DNA of 64,000 bases from Lingula anatina (taxonomy: Eukaryota; Animalia; Brachiopoda). Positions 33,246 through 44,655 of the stretch are shown one piece after another. The DNA lies in assembly GCA_051362555.1 (NCBI GenBank), contig CM120642.1, forward strand, positions 8,990,001 through 9,054,000, read 5' to 3'. Numbering within the stretch: position 1 is the stretch's first letter; every line of letters starts with the position of its first letter. A model generated the notes under the pieces. The model worked only from the letters and a program-made list of their open reading frames with translations, ran no database searches and was not told where the DNA came from. The position numbers and the translations under genes were made by a program.

Positions 33246-33534
33246 TTACGTAGGCCTACTGCTAGGCACGTCATGCTGCATAATGTAGTGCAAACATCTT
33301 GCTTTGAGAATGAGGCCATTGACAGATATTTTATGTCGCAGGGTCACAAGACAACCTCCAGCGACAGATCTGCAGCCACGACGTTATCGCGAGTTTGATC
33401 TTTGATAACGGGTCACCTATCCCTGAAGTTCGACTCTTTCTGACACTCAAAGCACGACCGGGGCCCATACGAAACTAAGCGGTATTGTGGGCGATTTTGT
33501 TTAAATACACGAGCGTCGGAAGATTTGGTGAGTG

Positions 33535-33565
<31 letters not shown>

Positions 33566-34812
33566 TAAAAAAGCGAGGTTTGAAAATACAACCATACTGA
33601 TTATAGGCACCGATTACAGATTTCTACGATATACCCTTTTAACTGTTTCCTTTTTTAATTGAATTTGATATCTCTCTTGTATATTTTTTCCAAAAATGTA
33701 AAAACCACACGATCTGCGTTTGCCTGGATTAATAATTGATTTAGATACAGTACATAACATAGATACACTAGTGGTGCGTTTTTGCTCAATATTCCGCAAT
33801 GTTATGAAAAATCAGACAAGTTTGTTTGTAAAACAGTTTGTTTACGCAGTGGCTTATATAATATATGTGAATGTGTTGTACACCACATATAATGATCAGG
33901 TTACATAACTGGTTAATAGTCAACCGTGCCATGGCCCAGTGACGGCCCGATAACAATATCAGTCGTTAACGGCTACTAGATACGACAGTGAGAATCGCCA
34001 GCAGAAATTTCTCCAACCCCGTTTGCATTTGTTCCTTAAAAGTTCGAATTCCGGAAAAAAATCATACGGTAATATTTTGTCGTGGGCGCGAACTTATATT
34101 CTGGCTTCGTATGTGTCGTACATGTATTGAGATTTTCTCTTCAGTAATATTTTCTACCCTGTTCACTTTATTCAACTGGTCTGTATTTTCTTCTGATGTG
34201 CTATAACTATCGATTTTATATGCAATTTCATTCAAATGTTCATTTGAATATTTAGTATACTTTCCGGTTATTTTCTGCTTAGTACAGTACTTTGTCATTA
34301 TCCAACAATATCCAGACTGGGTCTCATTTTGTGATTGCGATAAGCGGTCATAACATGGGTTTGGGGAGTCATCAACTTCAGAGAATTTATCAGCGCAGCG
34401 TGGTCCGAATATCCCTAAATATCACCATACCATGAATTAGTTAACGAATGACCACATGTCCCAGGGTGACATGTCCCTGTGCATGATGCAACAGTCGATT
34501 ACCCTCAAGTTCCTGCTGCAATAAAATATCTCGGCGTTCATGATTTGTGTAAGCTACCGGTAAATGTACTGTACATGTATACACGGTATCTTCATTGTGC
34601 AACACTACAATGTAGCAGGGAATTTTGCTTATTTCTGTAGAAATTGGCGTTTTTCATTTTTATTAGATATATTGTCGCACTTCATCTGTTTAAAGGCATG
34701 TCGTAATCAAAGGGATATCTGGTTAAAATTATAATTAATGTGCCCAAAAGTCATTATAGACTATTTTCTAAAAAAACTTTAATTACAATTTATTGATTTT
34801 TGCATGTTTCTT

Positions 34813-35342
34813 AAGGCACTGTCACACCTAGCGTATAGCACCAACGTATGAATAAGTTGCACATACGCAGAAAAACACAAGGTATTCTTACACACACTGG
34901 ACAATAGAAGTGTCACCCCCTGAATCAGAGTAATCAAAGTTATTAGCCTGAAGAGGAGGAATATAAGCAAGGTCAGAATATCAATACAGTTGAATTGTTC
35001 AGTCAGAACCGTGTCTTTTGTAAAATTTGAGGTTAATAAAATGATACCAGGAGCATATCATTCAACAGTCATTTATCTCCCCCAAAGTATTGGTTCAGTT
35101 GGGGTGACACTTCTATTGTCCAGTGTGTGTACGTCGTATATATGCCTCGAGTACGCAAGTAAATGTTGGGTGTGTTCGCATACCCGGAGGGAGATTAAAT
35201 GTTTTGAACATGTTCAGAAATGATTTCATGCGCTGGTTGTATGTTCATTTTAACACGCTGGAAACAGGATGATTTCGTGCGCTCAAGGTTGTGCGTCTAA
35301 TCGATGTTACGTACGATACTTTTTGGTGCCAGGTGTGACAGA
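34813..35342. mobile_element. MITE with CTGTCACACCT / AGGTGTGACAG inverted ends, host of the nested Tc1-type MITE
   Basis: ggcactgtcacacct at about 34814 and aggtgtgacag at about 35331. Superfamily not established. Confidence 0.55.
34891..35129. mobile_element. Tc1/mariner-type MITE, 239 bp
   Basis: Perfect 29-bp TIRs CACACACTGGACAATAGAAGTGTCACCCC, with TA at 34889-34890 and 35130-35131. Confidence 0.9.
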
Positions 35343-36237
35343 TCTTTCATACAGGTGTAAATGAAGTTTGAGATACACAGGTACACACGCTTGGTGGCGA
35401 TGGAATCGAGTGACGCAAGGACTCGTTTGAGGACATTCAAGTCATGGTGTGCCAGGTTTTTCGGCTCTGCTCACTTTGGAAATTTTAACTACAATACTGT
35501 CTGCATATAGAAAAAGCTTTGAAGCATTTCACATCGTTTTTTTTTACACCTGTCCAACCTGTTCATGCACCAGCGTAGCTTACGCCTCACACCTCTGTCG
35601 ATTTAAATAACCCAAGATATGGGGCCTATCAGTATAATAAAGATATATGTTGTTTTCACACCTGTGCATCTTGTAAATTTAGCTACTTTTGCCTCGAGCT
35701 GATTTGTGTCCCGAATTGAACCTTTCGATGCACACTACCTGTAGAATCGAGGCATACATGTTAACACCTGGGCTATGTGTATTCCACATTTGGGGTGGAC
35801 AAGAAGTCTGCAACTTCTTAGGTACGAAGAAAACCAAAACATGTACATGTAGGTACTGGCAGTGCAAAATTTATTGAAGTGTACTGTGTGAAAAAGAGAC
35901 AAAATACCAAAATTATCATTATACGCGTACTAAAAGTAATTCCCTCTTTGGAGATCATCTCTCTTGATTTTGTATAACTCGTAAGAATGATTGCATGACA
36001 TCACATTTAATTGAATTAAAAAGGAAGATAATCTGTGAACGATAATGACCAGACAATTAGCAGAGGAGCACAACGTCGTGCCGAGAACGAGGTCACGCAG
36101 ACGATTTTGGCGTGTTTTAGACTGTAATATCTACAAAAACATCAATTTTAGCTTATGGCATGTGATTAATAGGTCAAGCATGATGCATTCAAATTACTGT
36201 TTTTCTTTTTATCAAGAGCTTGTAAAATATGTGGGTA

Positions 36238-36285
36238 TTACCTCCAATATTTCTGTGACTGTCAGTCACCATCATCAGGGAGTAA
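36238..36285 (-). ncRNA. Minimal type I hammerhead ribozyme motif in the 3' pLTR (sense to RT)
   Basis: Minus strand reads CTCC-CTGATGA-T-GGTGACTGACAGTCACA-GAAA-TATT-GGAG: CUGAUGA/GAAA core, stem II GTGACT/AGTCAC, stem I CTCC/GGAG, palindromic minimal stem III. Confidence 0.75.
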
Positions 36286-36336
36286 ATGACTAGGGTCATT
36301 TCACCTGGAATGAAAATCCAGGTCAATTGCCCCTAA

Positions 36337-37928
36337 TCACTGGCCTTGTGTTGTAACTGTTACTTGCTCCCCCCGGGGCTCCTCTGCATCCCTCTGGAGC
36401 ACCGTGAGGTAGATAGCTGGTAAATCATACCCCCCCTGTCTGTTCAGGTCTGGTTGTTTGGTCCTGATGTGTACAGCTTCTGCTATTTTTCTTTGGAATG
36501 TCCAGTTTTCCCTGTCTATCACTTTCAGGCTGTCAAAGTCTATGTGGTGACCTGGATGTTTGCAGGTATGTTCTCCAAGGGCTGATTTCCAGTTGTTTTT
36601 GGCCACTGAGTCTTTGTGTTCTTTCATTCTTGTGGCTAATGGTCTTCCTGTCTCGCCAATGTATTCTCCTTGGCAGGTTCCACATTTGACTGAATATATC
36701 ACACCACATTGCTCTCCTTGGGTTAGAGGATCCTTGGGCTTCACTAGTGCTTGTCTCAGCGTCCAACCTGGCTTATGGTGGAGTTTGATGTTATATTTTT
36801 TATAAACCCGGCTTAGTTTTTCTGACAGACCTTGGCAGTATGGTAACACTATACTCTGCTTTGCACCCTCAATGAGGCCCATTGCATCCTTTTCTTTGTC
36901 ATGTCTGTTCTTGCCTCTTTTTTCCCCTTGTTTTAGTGCCCATTTTGGATATCCACATGCTAACAGGTCTTTTTCAATCTTCTTCCTTTCTGTTTGTTTG
37001 TCTTCTGTATCGGATATCACGGTCTCACATCGGTGGAAAAGTGAAGCTGGTACACTAAGTTTTTGCGAGGTTGGATGATGCGACGACCACTGTAAGTAGT
37101 GATCTGTGTTCGTGGCTTTCCTGTACACTGTGGTTTTAATCCGTTCTTTGTCTTTGGTCATCTTTACATCTAGCATTGGCAGAGAACCTTCTACATTTTC
37201 TTCTTCTATTGTGAAGTGTATGCTTTGGTGTTGTGCATTAATGTGTTCAAACAGTGCCTGCACATGCGTCTTCTTGGATACGACTCCTGTGTCATCAACA
37301 TATCTTCCCCAGAACTTAGGTGGGTTGGGTGTTGTTTGGAGTGCTTTCATTTCAAATTCTTCCATGAAGATATTAGCTATGACTGGTGACAGGGGGGAAC
37401 CCATTGCTGCTCCATAGGTCTGTTGGTAAAATTTTCCTTTGTACTGAAAGTAGGTGGTGTCCAAGGTCATAGCTAGTAGTTCGCCCATGTCTTCAGGTGT
37501 TAATGCTGTTCTACTTGCCCAGGTGGTGTCTTTTTGGCATCTGTTCACACACATTCCTACTACTTCATCACACGGGACGCTGGTGAACAAGGCGGAAACG
37601 TCAAAAGATACAAGTGTGTCATCCTTTTCAAGTGTTATACCTTTCAGCAGCTTAACGAGGTGTTGTGAGTTCTGTATATGGTATTTTGTTTTTCCGACAA
37701 GAGGCTTCAATAATTTTGCTAGGTGTTTTGCTAATTCATATGTAATAGAGTTTATCCCGGATACTATTGGTCTGACAGGATTGTCCTTTTTGTGTATTTT
37801 TGGAGTGGCGTAGAACCGGGGGGTCACTTCTGCTGTAGGGTATATCTTCTGGTATGTGGCATCATCAATCCTATTCTCTTTTCTGATGTTCTTCAACTTG
37901 TTGATAAGTCTTGTTTTCAGCTTCTGTG
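36337..37928 (-). CDS. Penelope-like reverse transcriptase + GIY-YIG endonuclease (N-terminally truncated, no ATG start)
   Basis: PRFYATPKIHK, LVSFDVSALFTSVP, QTYGAAMGSPLSP, RYVDD, LPMLDV and VYRKATNTDHYL, then GVIYSVKCGTCQGEYIGETGRPLATRMKEH...EAVHI...LNR. No stops for more than 519 codons. Confidence 0.93.
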
Positions 37929-37969
37929 TTGACCTGGATTTTCATTCCAGGTGAAATGACCCTAGTCAT

Positions 37970-38017
37970 TTACTCCCTGATGATGGTGACTGACAGTCAC
38001 AGAAATATTGGAGGTAA
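37970..38017 (+). ncRNA. Minimal type I hammerhead ribozyme motif in the inverted 5' pLTR copy
   Basis: CTGATGA at 37977-37983, GAAA at 38002-38005, CTCC (37973-37976) pairs with GGAG (38010-38013). Confidence 0.75.
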
Positions 38018-38849
38018 TACCCACATATTTTACAAGCTCTTGATAAAAAGAAAAACAGTAATTTGAATTTATACATACAGAGCTAATGAAACTGTTCTCT
38101 CAAGCATGATGGTTTTCTGCATAGCAAGTCAGTGCGTTTTATATTAATTATTGTTGATGATTCCAATAATAACCAAAAACTCCAGCTGTGATGATTGCCA
38201 ACTAAAATTTAAAAAGTCAATCTTTTACGAGATTACAAATTGATTCCTATCGGGCATCCGCGGACCCCCTCTTCAAATAATCCTGGATCCGTCCCTGGAA
38301 AGCAAATTAAATCAAATCAACCAAACGGTGAACATTGGCAGGCTCTGTCAAGTTCATTTTTAGTTTATTTCCAAAAAGTGTGCTTTTCGCGCATGTGCAG
38401 ACGCTTGACAGCTGTTCATAGATAACAAGTTTCTCCTCTTCTCGACACACGTCCAGAGAAATGGGTGATGGTAGTGTTGCAATGGCGGGTCAGCTTAGGC
38501 GCGTGGACCAGGTGAACTGATAGGATTACATTTGTGCAATAGTAGTAGGGAAGATCTCGAGGCATCGCTGCAACTTTTTATGGAGCCACTGATTTTAGGT
38601 GGCGCATTAGCCTACCAGTAGGCCTACAGTACACTGCCGTGGCTGAAGTACATGTAAGGATTATACCTGGCCCAATTTAAGTACACTGTATGTATATGTC
38701 GTGACCAGCACTGTGACCTGTCAGCTGTAACAATATTAGCTGTGTCAGGCCTGCCTGTGAGTAAGCCATATAGCCATATAGCATAGTATAAAATCTCAAA
38801 AGGCCTGCGCCTGGAAGCACTTTGATTTCAACGTCAAAGGCTTCAAAGC

Positions 38850-38988
38850 ACATATACTGAACAGACTGCAGTTGTAGCTTACGTCGAAAGCTTGGCAGTT
38901 GCGGATTTAGAGGGGGGTGTCGGGGAGGGGGGGGTCGACTTCGCATCCGCGGATCCCCCCCCTTCAAATAATCCTGGATCCGCCTCTG
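38850..38988 (-). mobile_element. MITE family A portion, inverted relative to 41254-41402
   Basis: gactgcagttgtagcttacgtcgaaagcttggcagttgcggatttagaggggg...ccttcaaataatcctggatccgcctctg is a near-exact reverse complement of 41254-41402. A shorter piece is at about 38253-38297. Confidence 0.8.
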
Positions 38989-39078
38989 CTTGGTATTTAC
39001 TTGATATGACTTAAAAAGATAATATGTATCAGCTCAAACCAGCATAGTAACTGTAAGTCCTGTATCAGCTCCTTACTG

Positions 39079-39420
39079 AAAGGGATAATAACTCTTTGTA
39101 TTGGCCAAAAAATTCATTTTCCTGGAGTAAACAACAATTTTCCCATACTTACCAATGGTTAATGTATCCATTTTTACATTCAAAGTTAGTCCCTGGTTTT
39201 TTTCTAAAATGTCTGGTTTTTTGTTAAAATCTCTTAAGAGATTATAACAGAGTATAGCCATCAGTGGAGATCACATGGTCTGAAGACAAGCTAAGATATC
39301 AGAATAATAGCTATAACTGCCGTTTTTCTTGTACAACAGAATAGATTATATTTCTATGAGTTGTTCACAATGTTTTTATTGTGAAATATAGATCTCATAC
39401 GAAGATTTATTATCCCTTTA
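39079..39420. mobile_element. Family B element, second copy, just upstream of the first CREG coding exon
   Basis: aaagggataataactc ... ttattatcccttta; colinear with 29955-30302. Confidence 0.8.
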
Positions 39421-39458
39421 AGCTGCAATATTTTCTCTATTCCAGTCACTAAGTCACT

Positions 39459-41907
39459 ATGATAATGGCCCTGAAACACGCAGTCATTTTTCTTTGTCTT
39501 ACCTGTCCTGGCTGGGTATTCAGTGGAAAAGTAATATTCAAAGAAAATGGGAGCAAGGATTTAAATTATGCACAAGAATCATCTACTTGGCCTACTCCCC
39601 CATCATGGAGAAATAGGACTTTAACAGGTGGGTGTTTTAGTTTAATTTTTTTATGTACAGTTTAATGTTGTCTTCTGATTTGTGTTTATTTTATTGTATT
39701 TTCATTTTGGTTATTAATTGTTTTTGTTTGCAGAAGGACTTACATGTTTGTCTGTAGAATCATAGCACGTATTTATGCTGGTTGTAGTGATTTAAAATAT
39801 TGTTTTCAAATATGTCAAGGAAAGTGAATGACTGAAGAATCTCCCCTATCAATCCATACAGTCAAAACATTGGATCAGTACATTGTATGTGGGGTTGTTT
39901 GTCTGATACTGCAAGTAGCAAAAATAAAGGCAAATACATTTCCTGTCCACAGATATCTTCCTTTTATTTAGCTTAGAATAATTGTTAGAATTAATGGATA
40001 CATCCAGCAACAGACCTCAATTTAACTATTTCTCTCTAAGACATTGTGGGAAGTAGTACCAATGTTAATACAAATGTTGACACTGCAAATTTAACTTTCC
40101 ATCTTCATTTGCGCTATATTCGAATTTGACGAGAAATAAATATTGCATAGTATTTAAATAAATTGAAATATTTATATGGAAGTACATTTGTTCTCAGCCC
40201 GCTACATAGCACATTATGCTGACTGGGGTGTGTTGTCAGGCATCTCAGAGAGAGACCACGTCACTCCCTTCGGCGTGCTACAATCGTTTGCTGATGGCCC
40301 TCTTAACAAGAGCACAGGAAGGCCATTCTTTTATATCTCTGATATGTCTACTGTCTATAGAATGGTGAAGGTACAATCTTTTTCTGTTAATTTATCAAAC
40401 ATTGGGGTCTTTTTTTACAATTGATGTAGTTAATTTGTGTTTGTGATTCAGAATTATTACATAGAATTGTGAAATGTTCTTACCTTAGTATGCACCTCTA
40501 TGGTTGCTGTGCTTTTCTTGTTACAGTTGAAAAGTTTCAGTAAGAATTGGAGTATTCTTGTTTTAGAGATGTGATTAAAGAAGAAAAAATAGAATAGTGT
40601 AGCAATTTGATAATCCCGATTAATTTCTCAATTTTAGAATAACAATGCATTCTCCCTGACATTATCTGAGGCAGAAAGTAATCTGTGTTCTAAACAAGGA
40701 ATGGATCCAGAGCTACCAACATGTGCCCAAATTACTCTGTCAGGAAAAGTAGGTGTGATTATCCCTGCAATACTTGTAATTTACTTTGACCTATAAGTCG
40801 TAGCATGCCATTGGTTCAAAGAATTTGGCTAGAAGATTTTGTTGGATTTGTAAAAATGGGATTTTCCAAAGCCACTTTTCTGTGATAATAATTATGCCAA
40901 GGTGCAACAGAAGTTGCATATTATTCGATTGACTCATAAAACTACTTTGTTTGAAAATACATACATTTATGTGTGATATATTGAATATAGTGCCTGTAGA
41001 TTCCAGTGATATTTGCTTGCACCTTGCCGTGACAAAATGACTTTTGTATATTGTAGATGGAGCCAGTAGACCCCAAGGATGTTATGTTTGCTCAAACCTC
41101 ACTGTTTGCCAGGCACCCGCAGATGAAGGACTGGCCTGTTGGGCACAGTAAGGAAGAATGTTTCCCCAATTTTATCCATAATTTTCCACGCCATTTTAGA
41201 ATGTGTAGAGTGATACTTTTTGTGTAGAGAATGTTCACAATTTCACATTGTATCAGGGGCAGATCCAGGATTATTTGAAGGGGGGGGAGAGGGATCCGCG
41301 GATGCGAAGTCGACCCCCCCCCCTCTCCCCGACACCCCCTCTAAATCCGCAACTGCCAAGCTTTCGACGTAAGCTACAACTGCAGTCTATTCAGTATATA
41401 TGAAGGGGGGTCCAGTTTTTTTAGAATGACAGGTCTCTGATGCGAAGCCGACCCTTGCCCCCTTGGTGTGGGGTTCAGTGTTTTGGAAGGCAAATGGTGC
41501 CATTTGGAGCAGTTTAGAACTATGATTCAGCTCTTCAAAATTTTAATATTAAGAAGGGAATATTGGTGTGATTTTTTCCAGAATTTGAAGGAGGGGGTCA
41601 GCCCCCCCCCCCCTAAATCTGCCACTGTGTATTCACATCAAAACCCTGTATGTATGTATGTAATGAATTTTTTTAATATAGTCCTAGTCCATTTTCCCTT
41701 TCTTTTACACAATTCCTCTGGGCTTGGATCTACAGTAATCCTCATGTCAAAGATACGTGTATTTATGATTAATTTTTAATCAATTTTTTTTCATCTTCAG
41801 ACTGGAAAATCTATGAGCTGATGGTAAATTCAGTTTGGATTATAGATTACTTTGGAGGAGCTGTAATCGTGCCTGCAGAAGATTATTACAAAATTAAATT
41901 TCCTTAA
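39459..41907 (+). CDS. CREG1: CREG-family (cellular repressor of E1A-stimulated genes) secreted/lysosomal glycoprotein, five coding exons
   Basis: Exons 39459-39627, 40198-40370, 40638-40748, 41057-41147 and 41801-41907. A signal peptide is followed by ARYIAHYADWGVLS, SFADGPLNKSTGRPFFY, SLTLSEAE...C...DPELPTCAQITLSG, LFARHPQMKDWPVGHNW and IDYFGGA...EDYY. CREG1 versus CREG2 orthology is not resolved. Confidence 0.9.
41254..41628. mobile_element. MITE family A, longest copy, in CREG intron 4
   Basis: Starts caggggcagatccagg and ends ctaaatctgccactg. An internal terminus-like ctaaatccgcaactg lies at 41341-41355. Confidence 0.8.
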
Positions 41908-43079
41908 TTTATCTGAGCAGTTAAACTTTGTCAAGGTATTTTTAGGCTGGTGCTTTCTATAAAGATGGCAATATCTTTTGCTGATACAAAGTTTCATTCA
42001 TTTTGTAATGTTTATTTTCAATTGTTTTAAAGAATTTGATATAATATTTGCTTAGAATTGCTGGAGTAGCGTTGATCACAAAGATTATCTAATGATGTTG
42101 TTACTTATACTCTGTTTCTTCTATTATATATTTATGGAGGGTTTATAGATATTTTTCATAATGTTAAGTTACATTTGTTACCAAAAATCAAAATATGAGT
42201 ATTAATTGCAACTAAAATCAAAATAAAGTGATTTTCTGTTACTTTTAAGAAGCAATTTTTTCACAAATAATTGTTTGCAGGTGATAATAACAAGATTTCA
42301 ATCAGTGAAGTAAAGGATTTTAAAGGTACATTAGGAGCTGATGTGTACTGCTATAATGGTTTCCTTTGCTGGCCACACTAATACTGGCCTGATTATAATA
42401 GTTTATAGAATATACTAAATATTATAAGAATATAAATACTCACCCTGTCACCTCAATGTTTTTAAAATTGAAATATCTTTGTATTTTGTACAGATAATTG
42501 CACTTGATTCATTGGTCTTATAACTGATATGCTGTCCCATTTTGTTCATATTGAATTATTATGTATACCCAGCATGTAACATGTACCTAACAATGCAAAA
42601 TGCTGGGTACTTGCATACATAAATTCTATGTTAACCTTATATCAAAATGTGATTTATTCGTTTATTGATTTATAATATTAAATCATCTGACATACGTCCT
42701 GTTAATTTGCCTTGGTGTGTAGTTATTTTATATACCATTTTATCTCAAATGCAAGAGTAGCGATTGCGTTGAGATGTGGGTGAATGCGACTATTGCGATA
42801 ACGCATGTACATGTGGCGCAAAATGACTTCGTTTTCTTAGCCAACGCCCGTAAAATGTCACTTATACTATTCGGCTATCGGTGATCTGCATTTAACCAAA
42901 ATGAAAAGATTAGAAGTGCTTCTATATACGACTTCTTTGCGACTAGTTTGTTTTTGTTATTAGTCAACATTGATCGTATGGATATCCGTCCCAGTTTCTG
43001 TGCTCCTAAGCTTGTGTTGAAAATGTTTGATCCGAAACTTCTCTCTTCTTATTTCTCCTTTACCCACTGAGCAGAATTC

Positions 43080-44591
43080 TTATGAAGTCGTCTCTACTAA
43101 ATCTGTAAAAGAAAAAGGAAATCGAAATGAGCTTTAAGACAAAGAAGTGTTAATCAATAAGGCAACATTGTTTTCCTGGCATCATTTTAGTAGTTAAGGC
43201 TTTGACACAAGCTGGCAATTAACGCTTCTAAAATCATAACAGATTTCAATAAATGTCCCATGAGATTGTTCTACCTGCAGCGACGCCCAAATCACACACT
43301 CTCAGTGTCTCCGCCAAGGTTACAAGATTCGCCCCGCTATCTATCTCTTTCCATTTCTGTAGCGCCTGGTAACAACGCTCGTTCTCATCTTCATAGTCCT
43401 CCTCGATCTCGCGGATCTCAGCCGTGGTCAGGTGTAGGTTGGAGGCGACCGTCTTCCATTCTGAAACCACCGACTCGCTTCGGGAGAGGCTCTTGAATTT
43501 CTTTTCCAGAGAGGCAGCTGACAGTAAATAGGAAATATTAGCGACTGGGTTGTAAAAATTAAAGGAGATATTTTACAATGTCTTTTGACATTGATGGCTT
43601 TTTAACATTTAATTCCCTAGCAAACAACATTTTTTCATATAATATTATATTATATGCCTACAGTGGCTTATTGTAAATTAGACTCACATCTCGCGCTCCT
43701 GGCTCGTTCCTCTTTAAAATCTATGTCGTGATCTTTCATTTCTTCTGCCAGGTCGAGGCGCCCACATCGCAACAACGCCGAGCACAGTATTGTAGCCTAT
43801 AATCACAAAATATTTTCAATTTATTTATTTTTTCTTAAAAAATATCTGACCGAAATAATAGTAATTTAAAAAGTAGAATAAAACAAAAAATCATGAAACT
43901 GGTTAGCAAGTAAGTAATTGACTCATGGCCTCGCTAAAGGTGCCAGTTTAAAACTTTCTTTACAGGATTTACAGCAGACACAATTAAAGTTTAGGTAAGT
44001 ATGCTATTAGTAATTAAAACTGAAATGATATTTATAATTTGCCACGAATAGATAAATGGATTTCAGGCTTTTTTGCCTGAGCCTTGAAATGGGAAATGGA
44101 GCTTCAATTCCCGTAACTAGATCCACGGTTTGGTAAAACGTTCACGCATTTTTACCTTGTCTTTTGCGCGAGGAACTTTCTTCACCCATGTCATCAACAG
44201 TTCGAAGATGACACTCTCGTTCCCCTTTCCCTGACAGTTTCTCTGTATGGCTTGCAGCCTCGCTCTGGGGATGCGAAGATAATGAGACAGCTTCTTCCAT
44301 TCGTCGCCAGATGTCGCCAGCTCTGATGCCAGCCATCTCAGCGTGTCGTTGTTTACTGGTCCTGTAACATTTACATAATATTTTGATAAAGCTTTGTTTT
44401 TAATTCCAACCGATGGTTAGTGATTCTGTACGTTTTAATTTTTTATTTTAGATTTTTTTTTTAATTTTTTTATATCTTTGAGGGCGGAATACAGTATGAA
44501 GGAAGAACGTTGAAAAATGGCTTGTAACAAAAATTTATAGGAAAGAAACTAAAATACATGTAGAGAAAACAACGCTACTGATTTTATGTTA

Positions 44592-44655
<64 letters not shown>

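Larger units (their letters stand above)
36187..38068 (-). mobile_element. Penelope-like retroelement (EN+ PLE), 5'-truncated, with inverted pseudo-LTRs
   Basis: RT + GIY-YIG ORF flanked by an apparently perfect 140-bp inverted repeat (36187-36326 / 37929-38068). Confidence 0.95.

Noticed and set aside
34062-34298. 78-aa ORF as a LINE ORF1 remnant or gene
   Set aside because: No recognisable motif or splice structure.
36498-37813. Plus-strand ORFs over the Penelope element
   Set aside because: They are antisense shadows of the RT ORF with no independent motifs.
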